From Minisyncoccota bacterium (lineage in GTDB: Bacteria > Patescibacteriota > Minisyncoccia > Phycocordibacterales > UBA9973): 64,000 bases of DNA. The stretch is from contig JAGOQQ010000006.1 of assembly GCA_017991395.1 (NCBI GenBank), forward strand, positions 66-64,065. Direction: 5' to 3'. Below, piece after piece: positions 55,293-64,000 of this stretch (the stretch's first letter is position 1; each line of letters begins with the position of its first letter). The notes beneath the pieces are model-generated. The model worked only from the letters and a program-made list of their open reading frames with translations, did no database searches and was not told where the DNA came from. A program made the position numbers and the translations under genes.

Positions 55293-55323
55293 AAAGGGCG
55301 ACGGCATAGCCGTCGCCCTTTTG
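55293..55323 (-). terminator. Rho-independent terminator (aaaagggcgacgg cata gccgtcgcccttttg)
   Basis: Perfect 13-bp stem; downstream of the small acidic ORF on the minus strand. Confidence 0.7.
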
Positions 55324-55332
55324 AATTGTAGC

Positions 55333-55482
55333 TTATTCAGCTGAAGATTCTTCAGTCGCTTCTTCAGTAGCCATTTCAGCTTCTTCAGCAGCAACTTCTT
55401 CTGCCTTTACTGTCGCTTCTTCTGTAGCTTGTACTTCTACAGTTGCATCATCAGTCTTGATGATTGTGTCGTCGTTGTTCAT
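55333..55482 (-). CDS. Small highly acidic peptide (~49 aa; MNNDDTIIKTDDATVEVQATEEA...)
   Basis: Hand-translated ORF below the 60-aa cutoff of the ORF track. It has its own strong terminator, but its low complexity makes it uncertain. Confidence 0.3.
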   Translation of the reverse strand: MNNDDTIIKTDDATVEVQATEEATVKAEEVAAEEAEMATEEATEESSAE

Positions 55483-55608
55483 AGTATTTTTTGTTTAAGA
55501 TTTAAAAATGCGACCAGGAGTTCAACCATAACACACTTTTTATAAAATACCTACTACGCGGAACTATGCAGACTAGACGCTGACAAATTTCGCGGAAAGA
55601 ATGCAAGA

Positions 55609-55658
55609 GATCCTGAAACAATACTGAAATAAATTCAGCACAAGGCACAGGATGACAC
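55609..55658 (+). repeat. Family D repeat copy (GATCCTGAAACA..CTGAAATAAATTCAGCAC..AGGATGACAC)
   Basis: Same modules as 16123-16182 but arranged with the small hairpin nested inside. Confidence 0.6.
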
Positions 55659-55696
55659 AACACAAAACCGGGACAACACGGAATTCTGTATTTTAC

Positions 55697-55724
55697 GTTC
55701 TGCGTTCTACGCTCTACGTTTTCT
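55697..55724. repeat. GTTCTAC-type heptad tandem repeat (x4) straddling the dus stop codon, followed by 11-nt-periodic GTTCGCGTA boxes inside the dus 3' end
   Basis: gttctgc gttctac gctctac gttttct; the same heptad family occurs at 57985-58041. Confidence 0.55.
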
Positions 55725-56832
55725 TTGTTTGCGTCTGTTCGCGTAAAGTTCGCATATGTTCGCGTATGGCTTTTTCTACTTTTTGCGCATTATCCCCTTC
55801 CTCCATCAATCTCACTCGAAGTTCCTTTGATCCGCGAAATCCGTGCACATACGCCTTGAAATGTTTTTTCATTATCGCAAAGTGCTTTACATCACCAAGA
55901 AGTTTTTCAAAAAGTTCTGAGTGTTCAACAAGCACATTCAATCTGTCTTGTATTGGTACATCCATTTGAGTATATCGCTTGTCACCGACAATTCGCTTTG
56001 CCAAATCTTTCGGCAAAAGCCATGTGAGAAATCGATGCCACGAAGAAGGTTTGGACACTACATTTCGATGTGTATCAAAAAGCCACGGATTCCCAAAAAG
56101 CGCTCGCCCTATCATCACTCCATCACATCCAGATTCTTTTGCCTTGCTCAACCCATCAGAAATATCGGTGACATCACCATTTCCAATAATCACAGTATCA
56201 ACTCCAAGTGTGTTGCGAATACCTACCACCTCCTTTATATGCTCCCATCGTGCAGGAACTTTTGACATTTCTTTGCGAGTTCGTGCGTGAATCGTAAGTG
56301 CAGAAATATTTTGCTTCAACAAAAGCGGAATCCACGCATCAATTTCATTTGTGTTGTATCCAATACGAGTTTTCACTGATACAGGAATATCCTTTCCTGC
56401 GAGTGCGATACCATCTTTCACTGCTTGGATTATTTCCACTGCTTTATCTGGTGTCTTGATCATCGCTGAGCCACATCCTTGCTTTTCGATTGCCCTGTCC
56501 GGACAACCCATATTGATATCAATCCCATCAAATCCCATCTCTGCACACATTCGTGATGCTTCTTTCATATTATCTCTATTCGAAGAAAAAAGTTGCGCCA
56601 CAATTGGTCTCTCATTTTCTGAAAACATCAAATCCTTCATTAGTGCCTCACGCCCACGTGACACCAGTCCATCAGCCGACACAAACTCTGTCCACACTAC
56701 ATCTGGGCCACCACCAACTTGTCCATGACGAGAATATTTACAAATGATTTGACGAAAAGCAGCGTCGGTGACATCTGCCATTGGAGCTATTGCAAAAAAA
56801 GGTTTTGGTAATTGTTTCCAAAAATTAGACAT
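55714..56832 (-). CDS. dus: tRNA-dihydrouridine synthase (Dus family) with C-terminal extension
   Basis: FMN-binding TIM barrel motifs (FAIAPMADVTD..., DINMGCP, catalytic Cys region); 372 aa. Confidence 0.85.
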   Translation of the reverse strand: MSNFWKQLPKPFFAIAPMADVTDAAFRQIICKYSRHGQVGGGPDVVWTEFVSADGLVSRGREALMKDLMFSENERPIVAQLFSSNRDNMKEASRMCAEMGFDGIDINMGCPDRAIEKQGCGSAMIKTPDKAVEIIQAVKDGIALAGKDIPVSVKTRIGYNTNEIDAWIPLLLKQNISALTIHARTRKEMSKVPARWEHIKEVVGIRNTLGVDTVIIGNGDVTDISDGLSKAKESGCDGVMIGRALFGNPWLFDTHRNVVSKPSSWHRFLTWLLPKDLAKRIVGDKRYTQMDVPIQDRLNVLVEHSELFEKLLGDVKHFAIMKKHFKAYVHGFRGSKELRVRLMEEGDNAQKVEKAIREHMRTLREQTQTKKT

Positions 56833-56937
56833 AAATAAATAGTGAGTAGGTAGTAGTAAGTAAATAGTAGGAAAGTAAAGTTGAAAGTTAAAAGCTTAAA
56901 GCTAAAAGAAGAAAAGGTGCAGTCTTTAAATTACACA

Positions 56938-57000
56938 TCCGCGTCTAAGCTTTGCATAAGTGTTCCCTTATCCGCGACTGTCCGCGTTTATTCCGCGTTC
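56938..57000. repeat. Composite: TCCGCGT box + 24-mer GCTTTGCATAAGTGTTCCCTTA (copy 3, 56949-56970) + three further TCCGCGT boxes at 10-11-nt spacing
   Basis: catccgcgtctaa GCTTTGCATAAGTGTTCCCTTA tccgcgactg tccgcgtttat tccgcgttc; lies between the ftsQ-like 3' end and the dus 5' end. Confidence 0.65.
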
Positions 57001-57884
57001 TCTGACTCTTTAAACTTAAAAAATACTTTGTTATCAAATCGTGCATCAAGATACAAAAGTGATGAATATTTTTCCTTGAAGTCAGTTTTGAGTGGTTCAT
57101 TTTCAAGTGCTGAAATCAGATTGCTTGCGATTTCAGAAAAATCACTCTTCTTTGAAAAGAATATTTTTGGCCTATCAGAGCTTTCATTGCTCGGACGTGA
57201 GAGCCAAAATTCATAATCACCGTCTTCTTTCAAATAGAGAATGGTTGCGTGCATATCGTTTTCATAAAGTATCGCTCTTAGATTTACCACGTTCTTAAAA
57301 TCTTCTTCAGAAAGAATTTTGCTCCCAATAATTTCCTCAATACTCGACACTCGCGTACCATATATTTTCAAATATACATTGTCAGAGAAGTATGGTGCTT
57401 TGTCAAAAATGTATCCTCTTCCATCGGTAAAATAACACTGCTCATCTACATCTTTATCAGTCGGCACATCTCCACACCAAAGGAATCTCCCTCCGCGTTC
57501 TTTCATTTCAATCACAAGTTTCTGCCCTTCGAGTTTTGGATTTATATATTCAGCTCGCGGAAATGTTGTCTCAAGAATACCAAGCAACTCACGACTTGGA
57601 TAAATAAGAAAATTGTCTTTCGGAAATACAAAAAAATATTTTCCAGAGAGTGTCTGTGTGACTGTATCTTTGACATCATTTGAATCAATCACCTTGTTTC
57701 CCTCTACTTCAATTGATGAAATTTTTAAAGATGGAATTCTTGATACATATACCACACCTCCAACCACTAAAAGAAGAGTAAGAAAAACAAAAAATGCCAT
57801 ACGCTTTGCTTTCTTGCGTTTCCTTTCAACAATATGTGTTGGACGAAAGTCGTCCCGCATAAGTCTTCTTCCTTGTGGAGGCAT
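56988..57884 (-). CDS. ftsQ: Cell division protein FtsQ/DivIB-like (bitopic, POTRA-containing)
   Basis: Basic cytoplasmic N-terminus, single TM (FFVFLTLLLVVGGVVYV), then a POTRA-like SSIEVEGNKVIDSNDV segment. Located apart from the dcw cluster. Confidence 0.55.
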   Translation of the reverse strand: MPPQGRRLMRDDFRPTHIVERKRKKAKRMAFFVFLTLLLVVGGVVYVSRIPSLKISSIEVEGNKVIDSNDVKDTVTQTLSGKYFFVFPKDNFLIYPSRELLGILETTFPRAEYINPKLEGQKLVIEMKERGGRFLWCGDVPTDKDVDEQCYFTDGRGYIFDKAPYFSDNVYLKIYGTRVSSIEEIIGSKILSEEDFKNVVNLRAILYENDMHATILYLKEDGDYEFWLSRPSNESSDRPKIFFSKKSDFSEIASNLISALENEPLKTDFKEKYSSLLYLDARFDNKVFFKFKESENAE

Positions 57885-57920
57885 ATAAATGAGCTGAAAG
57901 TATAAACTTATAATTAAAAC

Positions 57921-57980
57921 TTACCCCTCCTCGCATTCACTTCGTGTAATGTCGTCCTCCCCTCTAGGGGAGGCTTGAAT
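57921..57980 (+). repeat. 60-nt repeat (family C) copy 2
   Basis: 58/60 identical to 40847-40907. Confidence 0.7.
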
Positions 57981-57984
57981 CAAT

Positions 57985-58041
57985 GTTCTAGTGTTCTACG
58001 TTCTACGCTTTACGATCTACGTTCTACGTTATACGTCTTAC
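57985..58041. repeat. GTTCTAC heptad tandem repeat (x8, degenerate) running into the serS stop codon
   Basis: gttctag t gttctac gttctac gctttac gatctac gttctac gttatac gtcttac. Confidence 0.65.
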
Positions 58042-59303
58042 CGTATTACTTCTTTCCCTCCCATATACGGACGGAGGACTTCAGGAATTTTGATTGTGCC
58101 GTCTTCTTGCTGGAAATTTTCTACAAGTGATACGAGAATACGCGGAGTCGGAATCGCAGTTGCATTTAGTGAGTGTGCATAATGTATCTTGCCTTGTTCG
58201 TCACGATAACGAATATTAAAACGACGAGTCTGGAAATCATGATAATATGACGTTGATCCAATTTCACGATATTTACCTTCTTTAGGAACCCACAACTCTG
58301 TATCATAGGATTTAACATGAGCATTTTTCAAATCACCCCCACAGATTGATAGTTGTCGATATGGAAGACCAAATGATTCAATAAACTCCTCAATATTTCG
58401 ATTGAGCTCCTCGTGATACTTTACAGATTCTTCATGACTAGCTCGACAGAGAATAAGCTGTTCCCATTTATAGAATTCATGAACTCGAATTAAACCTTTC
58501 ATATCTTTACCATGAGAACCAGCCTCACGACGATAACATGGCGAAAATGCCAAGTAACGTTTTGGTAACTCTTCAGCAGACAATATTTCGTTTGAATGGT
58601 ATGCCATCATTGGAACTTCAGCGGTTCCTGCTAAGTATTGGTCATCTTGTGTTTGAAAAATATCTTCAGCATCTCCGGGTAAATGCCCTGTTCCTATAAA
58701 ATACTCTTTGTTGACAATTGAAGGAGCAACGAAAGGATTAAAATTTTTGTCTGAAAAAAAATTTAGCGCATAATTCCAAATTGCCATTGAGAGACGAGCC
58801 CCATCCCCCATTAAAAAATATCCTCGAAATCCATGTACTTTTGTTCCTCTCTCGAAATCTGCCATTTTAAGATTTGTCATGAGTTCAATATGGTCTTTTG
58901 GCTCAAAAGAAAATTCTGGTTTTTCTCCCCACGTTTTTACCTCCTGATTGTCGTTTTCACTCTCACCCTCTGGCACAGAAATATCTGGAACATTTGGAAC
59001 TTGAAGCATTAGAGCTTGCCATTCGTGCATGACTTCTTTCAAATCTTCTTCAAGTTTTTTTAAGTCTTCTTTGAGTTCCCCCATGTCAGCAAGAATTTGT
59101 GCGCGCTTTTCTGGGGCGAGTGTGCCACCAAGATCAACAGATGCTTTATTTTGTTCAAAACGAAGATTTTCAACAGTTTTCAAAAGCCCCATTCTTTTGT
59201 CGTCTACTTCGATAAGTTTTGACACATCAAAAGTCATGTGCTTTTTAAGAACACCGGCTTCAATAATTTCTTTATTTTCTCGGATGAATTTTATGTCCAA
59301 CAT
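58038..59303 (-). CDS. serS: Serine--tRNA ligase
   Basis: N-terminal coiled-coil tRNA-binding arm (MLDIKFIREN...) and class II core motifs; 421 aa. Confidence 0.9.
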   Translation of the reverse strand: MLDIKFIRENKEIIEAGVLKKHMTFDVSKLIEVDDKRMGLLKTVENLRFEQNKASVDLGGTLAPEKRAQILADMGELKEDLKKLEEDLKEVMHEWQALMLQVPNVPDISVPEGESENDNQEVKTWGEKPEFSFEPKDHIELMTNLKMADFERGTKVHGFRGYFLMGDGARLSMAIWNYALNFFSDKNFNPFVAPSIVNKEYFIGTGHLPGDAEDIFQTQDDQYLAGTAEVPMMAYHSNEILSAEELPKRYLAFSPCYRREAGSHGKDMKGLIRVHEFYKWEQLILCRASHEESVKYHEELNRNIEEFIESFGLPYRQLSICGGDLKNAHVKSYDTELWVPKEGKYREIGSTSYYHDFQTRRFNIRYRDEQGKIHYAHSLNATAIPTPRILVSLVENFQQEDGTIKIPEVLRPYMGGKEVIR

Positions 59304-59436
59304 ATAAATATAACGCTAGGAGTTAGTAGCTAGCAATAAAACAATATTACCAAATTTGAGTTTGTTTTCAAAATTACATAAAACTCAAATATACTTTCCC
59401 CTTTTAGCTTTAGACTTTCAGCTTTAGACTTAGCAT

Positions 59437-60300
59437 ATGCGTATTCTTCATCAAGACGAATTCCCTCCACAGCTTCTTGAAATCCCTCAAGTCCCTGATC
59501 ATCTTTACATCAAGGGTGAACTACCTTCACCAGATGACTATATATATGTATCAGTAGTCGGATCACGAAAGCACACAAGCTACGGCAAGGACGCGTGTGA
59601 AAAAATAATTCGTGGACTCAAGGGCTATCCGTTTGTGATTGTATCTGGACTGGCACTTGGTATCGACAGTATTGCACACAAGACTGCGCTCGAAGTCGGC
59701 CTTCCTACTATCGCTATTCCGGGATCAGGACTGGATGACAAAGTACTTTATCCTTCGGCAAATCGCGGACTCGCTGATCTGATCTTGAGAAAAGGCGGGT
59801 GTATACTTTCTGAATTTGAACCAGACTTCCGTGCAACACTGTGGAGCTTCCCAAAGCGCAACAGGATTGTTGCAGGAATTTCTCGCGCAGTGATTGTGAT
59901 TGAAGCACCCGAGAAATCTGGTGCACTCATTACGGTACGAATGGCGGTGGATTACAATCGTGATGTCTTTGCAGTTCCCGGATCAATATTTTCAGATACA
60001 TCAAAAGGTACGAATAAATTTATAAAACTTGGCGCCACGCCTTTGACCTGTGCAGAAGATATTTTGAATGCATTTGGATTGATTGATCCACTCATACCCA
60101 CTCAGCAAACATTTGCCGAACTTGAAGATATAAGTGAGGACGAGAAAAAACTCCTCGAACTTCTTGATGAGCCACTTTCTCGCGATGAACTCATTGGACT
60201 CTCACAAATGTCTTCGTCAAATGCGAATGCAATTATTTCCCTTCTTGAAATAAAAGGACTCATCTCCGAATCACTCGGAAAAATACGAAAGATTATGTAA
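59437..60300 (+). CDS. dprA: DNA-processing protein DprA (Smf)
   Basis: Rossmann-like DprA core (VVGSRKHTSYG...VSGLALGIDSIAH...AVPGSIFS) and a C-terminal winged-helix-like tail. Confidence 0.85.
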   Translation: MRILHQDEFPPQLLEIPQVPDHLYIKGELPSPDDYIYVSVVGSRKHTSYGKDACEKIIRGLKGYPFVIVSGLALGIDSIAHKTALEVGLPTIAIPGSGLDDKVLYPSANRGLADLILRKGGCILSEFEPDFRATLWSFPKRNRIVAGISRAVIVIEAPEKSGALITVRMAVDYNRDVFAVPGSIFSDTSKGTNKFIKLGATPLTCAEDILNAFGLIDPLIPTQQTFAELEDISEDEKKLLELLDEPLSRDELIGLSQMSSSNANAIISLLEIKGLISESLGKIRKIM

Positions 60301-60407
60301 TCTTTTATCTTCTAAGTTTGCAAAAAATTTCTAACTATAGTATTACTTAGCAAGTAATTGCGAACTCACAGATATATTTCGTACGAGCTCGTGTATACTA
60401 TTTGTGT

Positions 60408-60692
60408 ATGAATCCCGTTAGAGACAACAAGTATTACTATGTCTATGTGTTAAGAAGTATTACTCTTAAGTTGTTTTATACTGGCTATACAAGTGATTTA
60501 CGGAAGCGCTTGAAAGAGCATAACGACAAAAAGTCTACATGGACAAAAAGTCGTGGTCCGTTTGCCTTAATTTATTATGAAGCGTGCATTAATGAAAAAG
60601 ACGCAAGGTCTAGAGAATTATATTTAAAAACAGGAATGGGCAAACGGTATATAAAAAATCGTTTAAAGCGCTTCCTGTCTCTAACGGGATGA
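60408..60692 (+). CDS. GIY-YIG nuclease-domain protein (UPF0213/YhbQ-like), copy 2
   Basis: YYVYVLRS...LFYTGYTSDLRKRLKEHN motifs; start set at ATG 60408. Confidence 0.7.
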   Translation: MNPVRDNKYYYVYVLRSITLKLFYTGYTSDLRKRLKEHNDKKSTWTKSRGPFALIYYEACINEKDARSRELYLKTGMGKRYIKNRLKRFLSLTG

Positions 60693-62944
60693 AACTTTTA
60701 ATTGTAGAATCACCATCAAAAGCAAAAACAATCGAGAAATATCTCGATGGAAAATATACTGTCCGCGCATCTGTCGGGCATGTTCGTGATTTGCCAAAGT
60801 CCAACAAAAAAGCCATTGATATCCCTGCGGGATTTGTTCCTCACTATGAAATTTCAAAAGGTAAAGAAAAAGTTGTAGATGAGCTTCGAGCACTTGGACA
60901 CAAGGCGACTGAAATCCTTCTTGCAACTGACCCCGACCGCGAAGGAGAAGCTATCTCGTGGCACCTCGAGCAAATCCTTGAAGAGGATAAAAAAATCAAA
61001 GCGCCAATCAAGCGTGTGACTTTTCATGAAATCACAAAGGAAGCGGTGGAAGAAGCATTGAAGTCACCCCGAGATATTGATAACAAGCTCGTCAAAGCCC
61101 AAGAAGCGAGACGTGTTCTCGACAGACTTGTGGGATACGATCTCTCAGGACTTATCTGGAAAAAAGTTCGCTATGGACTTTCTGCGGGACGAGTACAATC
61201 TCCTGCACTACGAATCATCATGGAACGTGAGCGAGAAATCCGAGCGTTTGTTCCTGAAAAATATTGGGTGCTTGAAGGAATGTTTCAAACTCCAAAAAAA
61301 GTAGACATAAAACTCACCGCAAACGAAGAACCTCGCGACAAAGATTTTGTCGATGAAGTAATTTCATTTGGAAAGAAAAATCCTTGGGAAGTGGTTGAAG
61401 TAAAAACTGGTGAACAAAAGCGATCGCCTCGCGCACCGTTTACCACCTCAACACTCCAACAAGTCGCAAGTACACGACTCGGTTTTTCACCGTCTCGCAC
61501 AATGCAAGTCGCACAAAAACTCTACGAATCTGGACATATCACCTATATGCGTACGGACTCTACAAATCTCTCAGCAGTTTCTGTGACTCAAATTTTGGCA
61601 CTCATACAAAAAAAGTATGGTAAGGAATACGCAGAAGCTCACACCTATAAAACAAAATCAAAAAATGCTCAAGAAGCACACGAAGCTATTCGTCCGACAC
61701 ATTTCGAGGTACTTTCAGTTGGTTCTACAGACGAACAGAAAAAATTGTACAAACTGATTTGGGAGCGAGCTGTATCATCACAAATGACTGATGCAAAATT
61801 GATGAAGACCAAAATCTCTGCTCTTCCTACCAAAACTTCCCTTTCAAACTGGAAGCACAAAAATGAATATCCTGCATTTTCTACAAATGGTTCACGGATG
61901 CTTTTCCCTGGATGGCTCCTTGTGGACAGTGATGCACGCGGTGAAGACGTAGAACTTCCAGAAATAAGTGAAGGTGATGTACTCAAAGTCCTTGAGCTTG
62001 GGAGTCTTGAAAAAGAAACTCAGCCACCATTTCGATATTCTGAAGCGGGACTCGTCAAAGAACTTGAAGCACGAGGAATTGGACGTCCGTCTACATATGC
62101 GTCTATTATGCGAACAATCGAAGAACGTGGCTATGTGACAAAAGAAGGTCGCACACTCTTCCCCACAGACACAGGTGATGTAGTGTCTACATTTCTTGAA
62201 AACAATTTCATGGAATATATTTCTGATACATTTACTGCGGAAATGGAAGATGAGCTCGATGATATTGCAGATGGAAAACGTGAATACGTAAAAACACTTA
62301 AAGATTTTTATGGACCGTTTTCAAAAGATGTAAAAGCAAAAGACAAAATCGACAAGATCACAAATCTCGGTGATGCACCTGCCGAATTCAAATGTCCAAC
62401 ATGTGGCAAAGATATGATTGTGAAGCTTGGAAAAAATGGGAAATTTCTCTCATGTAGTACATATCCAGAATGTACTGGTGGACGAACAATCGATGGCAAA
62501 GTCATGGAAGGTCCAAAAGAAATCGGCGAAATGTGCCCACTGTGCGGAGTCGACAAAGACGGAAACCCAAAAGAATTGACCAAAAGTGGTGGCGGAAAAC
62601 TCGTACTGCGTGAAGGAAAATTTGGAGTATTTATTTCTTGTTCGCGATATCCAAAATGTAAATTCATAAAGGAAGACGAAGAAGAGAAGAAAAAGAAAAT
62701 GACTGGTGTGAAATGTCCAATGTGCAACAATGGCGAAATGATGGAACGACGTGGACGATTTGGAATATTCTATTCGTGTTCAAATTATCCGGATTGTAAA
62801 AATGCAATCAAGGCAAAGCCAACTGGAAATATTTGTAAAATGTGCGGAAGTCTAATGATGGAAGGCACCAAGACGATACCTGAACGATGTAGTAACACAA
62901 AGTGTCCCAACCATCGCCCAGATAAATTGAATAAGATGCAATAA
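60689..62944 (+). CDS. topA: DNA topoisomerase I
   Basis: TOPRIM N-terminus (LLIVESPSKAKTIEKYLDGKYTVRASVGHVRDLP), catalytic Tyr region and C-terminal C4 zinc-ribbon repeats; 751 aa. Confidence 0.9.
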   Translation: MKLLIVESPSKAKTIEKYLDGKYTVRASVGHVRDLPKSNKKAIDIPAGFVPHYEISKGKEKVVDELRALGHKATEILLATDPDREGEAISWHLEQILEEDKKIKAPIKRVTFHEITKEAVEEALKSPRDIDNKLVKAQEARRVLDRLVGYDLSGLIWKKVRYGLSAGRVQSPALRIIMEREREIRAFVPEKYWVLEGMFQTPKKVDIKLTANEEPRDKDFVDEVISFGKKNPWEVVEVKTGEQKRSPRAPFTTSTLQQVASTRLGFSPSRTMQVAQKLYESGHITYMRTDSTNLSAVSVTQILALIQKKYGKEYAEAHTYKTKSKNAQEAHEAIRPTHFEVLSVGSTDEQKKLYKLIWERAVSSQMTDAKLMKTKISALPTKTSLSNWKHKNEYPAFSTNGSRMLFPGWLLVDSDARGEDVELPEISEGDVLKVLELGSLEKETQPPFRYSEAGLVKELEARGIGRPSTYASIMRTIEERGYVTKEGRTLFPTDTGDVVSTFLENNFMEYISDTFTAEMEDELDDIADGKREYVKTLKDFYGPFSKDVKAKDKIDKITNLGDAPAEFKCPTCGKDMIVKLGKNGKFLSCSTYPECTGGRTIDGKVMEGPKEIGEMCPLCGVDKDGNPKELTKSGGGKLVLREGKFGVFISCSRYPKCKFIKEDEEEKKKKMTGVKCPMCNNGEMMERRGRFGIFYSCSNYPDCKNAIKAKPTGNICKMCGSLMMEGTKTIPERCSNTKCPNHRPDKLNKMQ

Positions 62945-62945
62945 A

Positions 62946-62980
62946 AAAGCACTGCTAAACTTGCAGTGCTTTGTGCTATT
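62946..62980. terminator. Bidirectional terminator (aagcactgc taaactt gcagtgctt)
   Basis: 9-bp stem with A-run/T-run flanks, between topA and the convergent 62987-63355 gene. Confidence 0.65.
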
Positions 62981-62986
62981 TTGAAC

Positions 62987-63355
62987 CTATCCCGCGTTGT
63001 TTCGTACAACATGTCGCTCAATATTCAAACCTTTTCCTTGTGCTAAATATTCTCCTTCATTTAAAAAATCTTCATCTGGAGAGACTAATAGTATTCTCAC
63101 TTTGGGCACAGCGAGTCTTGAAAGAACAGGAAGGATATTGTAAGGAATATAATATGTTCTTTCTACTTCCCTCATATCCACACTTTCACCGATAATAATT
63201 ATTTGCTGGAATGCTTTTTTTCGTAGCCACGTTTCAGCTGCCTCAACTGACTCGGCAAAATCACACTCCAATAAATCAAAGTCAAAGTCAGGTGCAAAAT
63301 TCTTTAGACAATCCAGAGTTCTTTTGGTCCCATCGTGAATAATTAAGATTTTCAT
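62987..63355 (-). CDS. Receiver-domain-like (CheY-fold?) protein, divergent
   Basis: MKILIIHDG... start and an alternating beta/alpha pattern, but the canonical acidic pocket and Lys are not clearly present. Confidence 0.35.
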   Translation of the reverse strand: MKILIIHDGTKRTLDCLKNFAPDFDFDLLECDFAESVEAAETWLRKKAFQQIIIIGESVDMREVERTYYIPYNILPVLSRLAVPKVRILLVSPDEDFLNEGEYLAQGKGLNIERHVVRNNAG

Positions 63356-63399
63356 ATGAATATTTTTTTAAGTTTCCCCCAGTCTACTTTTCTGTGAGG

Positions 63400-64000
63400 T
63401 TTTGTCAAATGACACTCAATTTCCTTGAGCTTTCAGCTTTGGGCGTTTGGCTTTATACTGTGTATATGAATATCGATGAAATCTATACCCTTATGAACGG
63501 CACACCTAAAACGGAATCCGACAAAGCCCTTATACAAAAGGCTTATCTTTTCGCGCAAAAAGCTCATGAAGGTCAAAAACGCGCGTCAGGCGATCCATAT
63601 TTCCTTCATGTGTTTGAGACTGCAAAGAATCTCGCACGCTTTGGCATGGACGCAACCACAATCTCTGCGGGACTCCTTCACGACACCATAGAAGACACTG
63701 AGGTGACCGAAGAAGACATTGAGCGTGAATTTGGTAAAGATATTCTATTTCTTGTGAATGGCGTAACCAAACTCGGAAAACTAAAGTACCAGGGACGAGA
63801 ACGACATGTGGAATCTCTCCGAAAATTTTTCCTTGCAGTCGCAGAAGACTTCAGGGTGTTTATCATCAAACTCGCTGACAGACTTCACAATCTTCGCACA
63901 CTCGAGTACGTTAAACCAGAAAAACAAAAGCGAATTGCAATTGAAGCGATTGAAGTCTACGCACCACTTGCAAACAGACTTGGTATTGGAAAAGTGAAAG
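63400..64000 (+). CDS. (p)ppGpp synthetase/hydrolase RelA/SpoT family, N-terminal HD domain (partial; continues beyond the window)
   Basis: Hand translation gives ...LIQKAYLFAQKAHEGQKRASGDPYFLHVFETAKNL...LLHDTIEDT...FIIKLADRLHNLRTL, the HD hydrolase motif set. The open frame runs off the 3' end of the window. Confidence 0.8.

Noticed and set aside
55686-58041. Possibility that the heptad/11-mer tandem arrays are CRISPR repeats
   Set aside because: The units are 7-11 nt with no intervening unique spacers, and no cas genes are present. This is not CRISPR architecture.

Overview
This is an AT-rich, gene-dense bacterial chromosome segment with about 85% of genes on the minus strand. The gene content is almost entirely housekeeping: translation (prfA, rpmE, rplY, gatB, lysS, serS, obg), glycolysis and pentose-phosphate genes (fba, PfkB kinase, split transketolase, rpe-like, rpiB, gap), the dcw cluster (mraZ-rsmH-ftsL-ftsI), an elongasome PBP2 with greA, dnaX, dus, dprA, topA, rmuC and the start of a relA/spoT gene. 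The domain repertoire (two short sigma-70 paralogs, an ECF sigma, a SWIB protein, a DUF559 nuclease, an ATP-cone/Mrr endonuclease, a TMEM175-like channel, two YhbQ-type GIY-YIG proteins) suggests a reduced-genome Patescibacteria/CPR-like organism; this is inference only. Two tRNAs are present: tRNA-Glu(CTC) and tRNA-Gln(TTG). The most unusual feature is a ~8.8 kb block of nine co-directional genes (44.6-53.4 kb) that abuts the 3' end of tRNA-Gln and is bounded at both ends by the same short sequence blocks. It encodes an XRE regulator, a membrane-anchored GrpE-like protein, an 837-aa atypical Hsp70 with an insertion between the NBD and SBD, a tail-anchored J-like protein lacking the HPD motif, two membrane proteins sharing an N-terminal DFL motif (one with Cys-rich repeats), a Cdc48-like single-domain AAA ATPase and two small exported/membrane proteins. 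It is a candidate island-borne, membrane-associated non-canonical Hsp70/AAA module. The window is also rich in short repeat families: a 168-bp MITE-like element with perfect 25-bp terminal inverted repeats (TIRs); 11-bp-periodic TCCGCGT arrays and GTTCTAC heptad arrays at gene 3' ends; a conserved 24-mer; a 60-nt repeat; and a DUF559 gene framed by 46-nt inverted repeats. Direct repeats also flank a tRNA-Glu-adjacent kinase locus. No rRNA, CRISPR array, integrase or transposase was recognised. Coordinates I derived by hand, as opposed to ORF-track coordinates, may be off by 1-2 nt.
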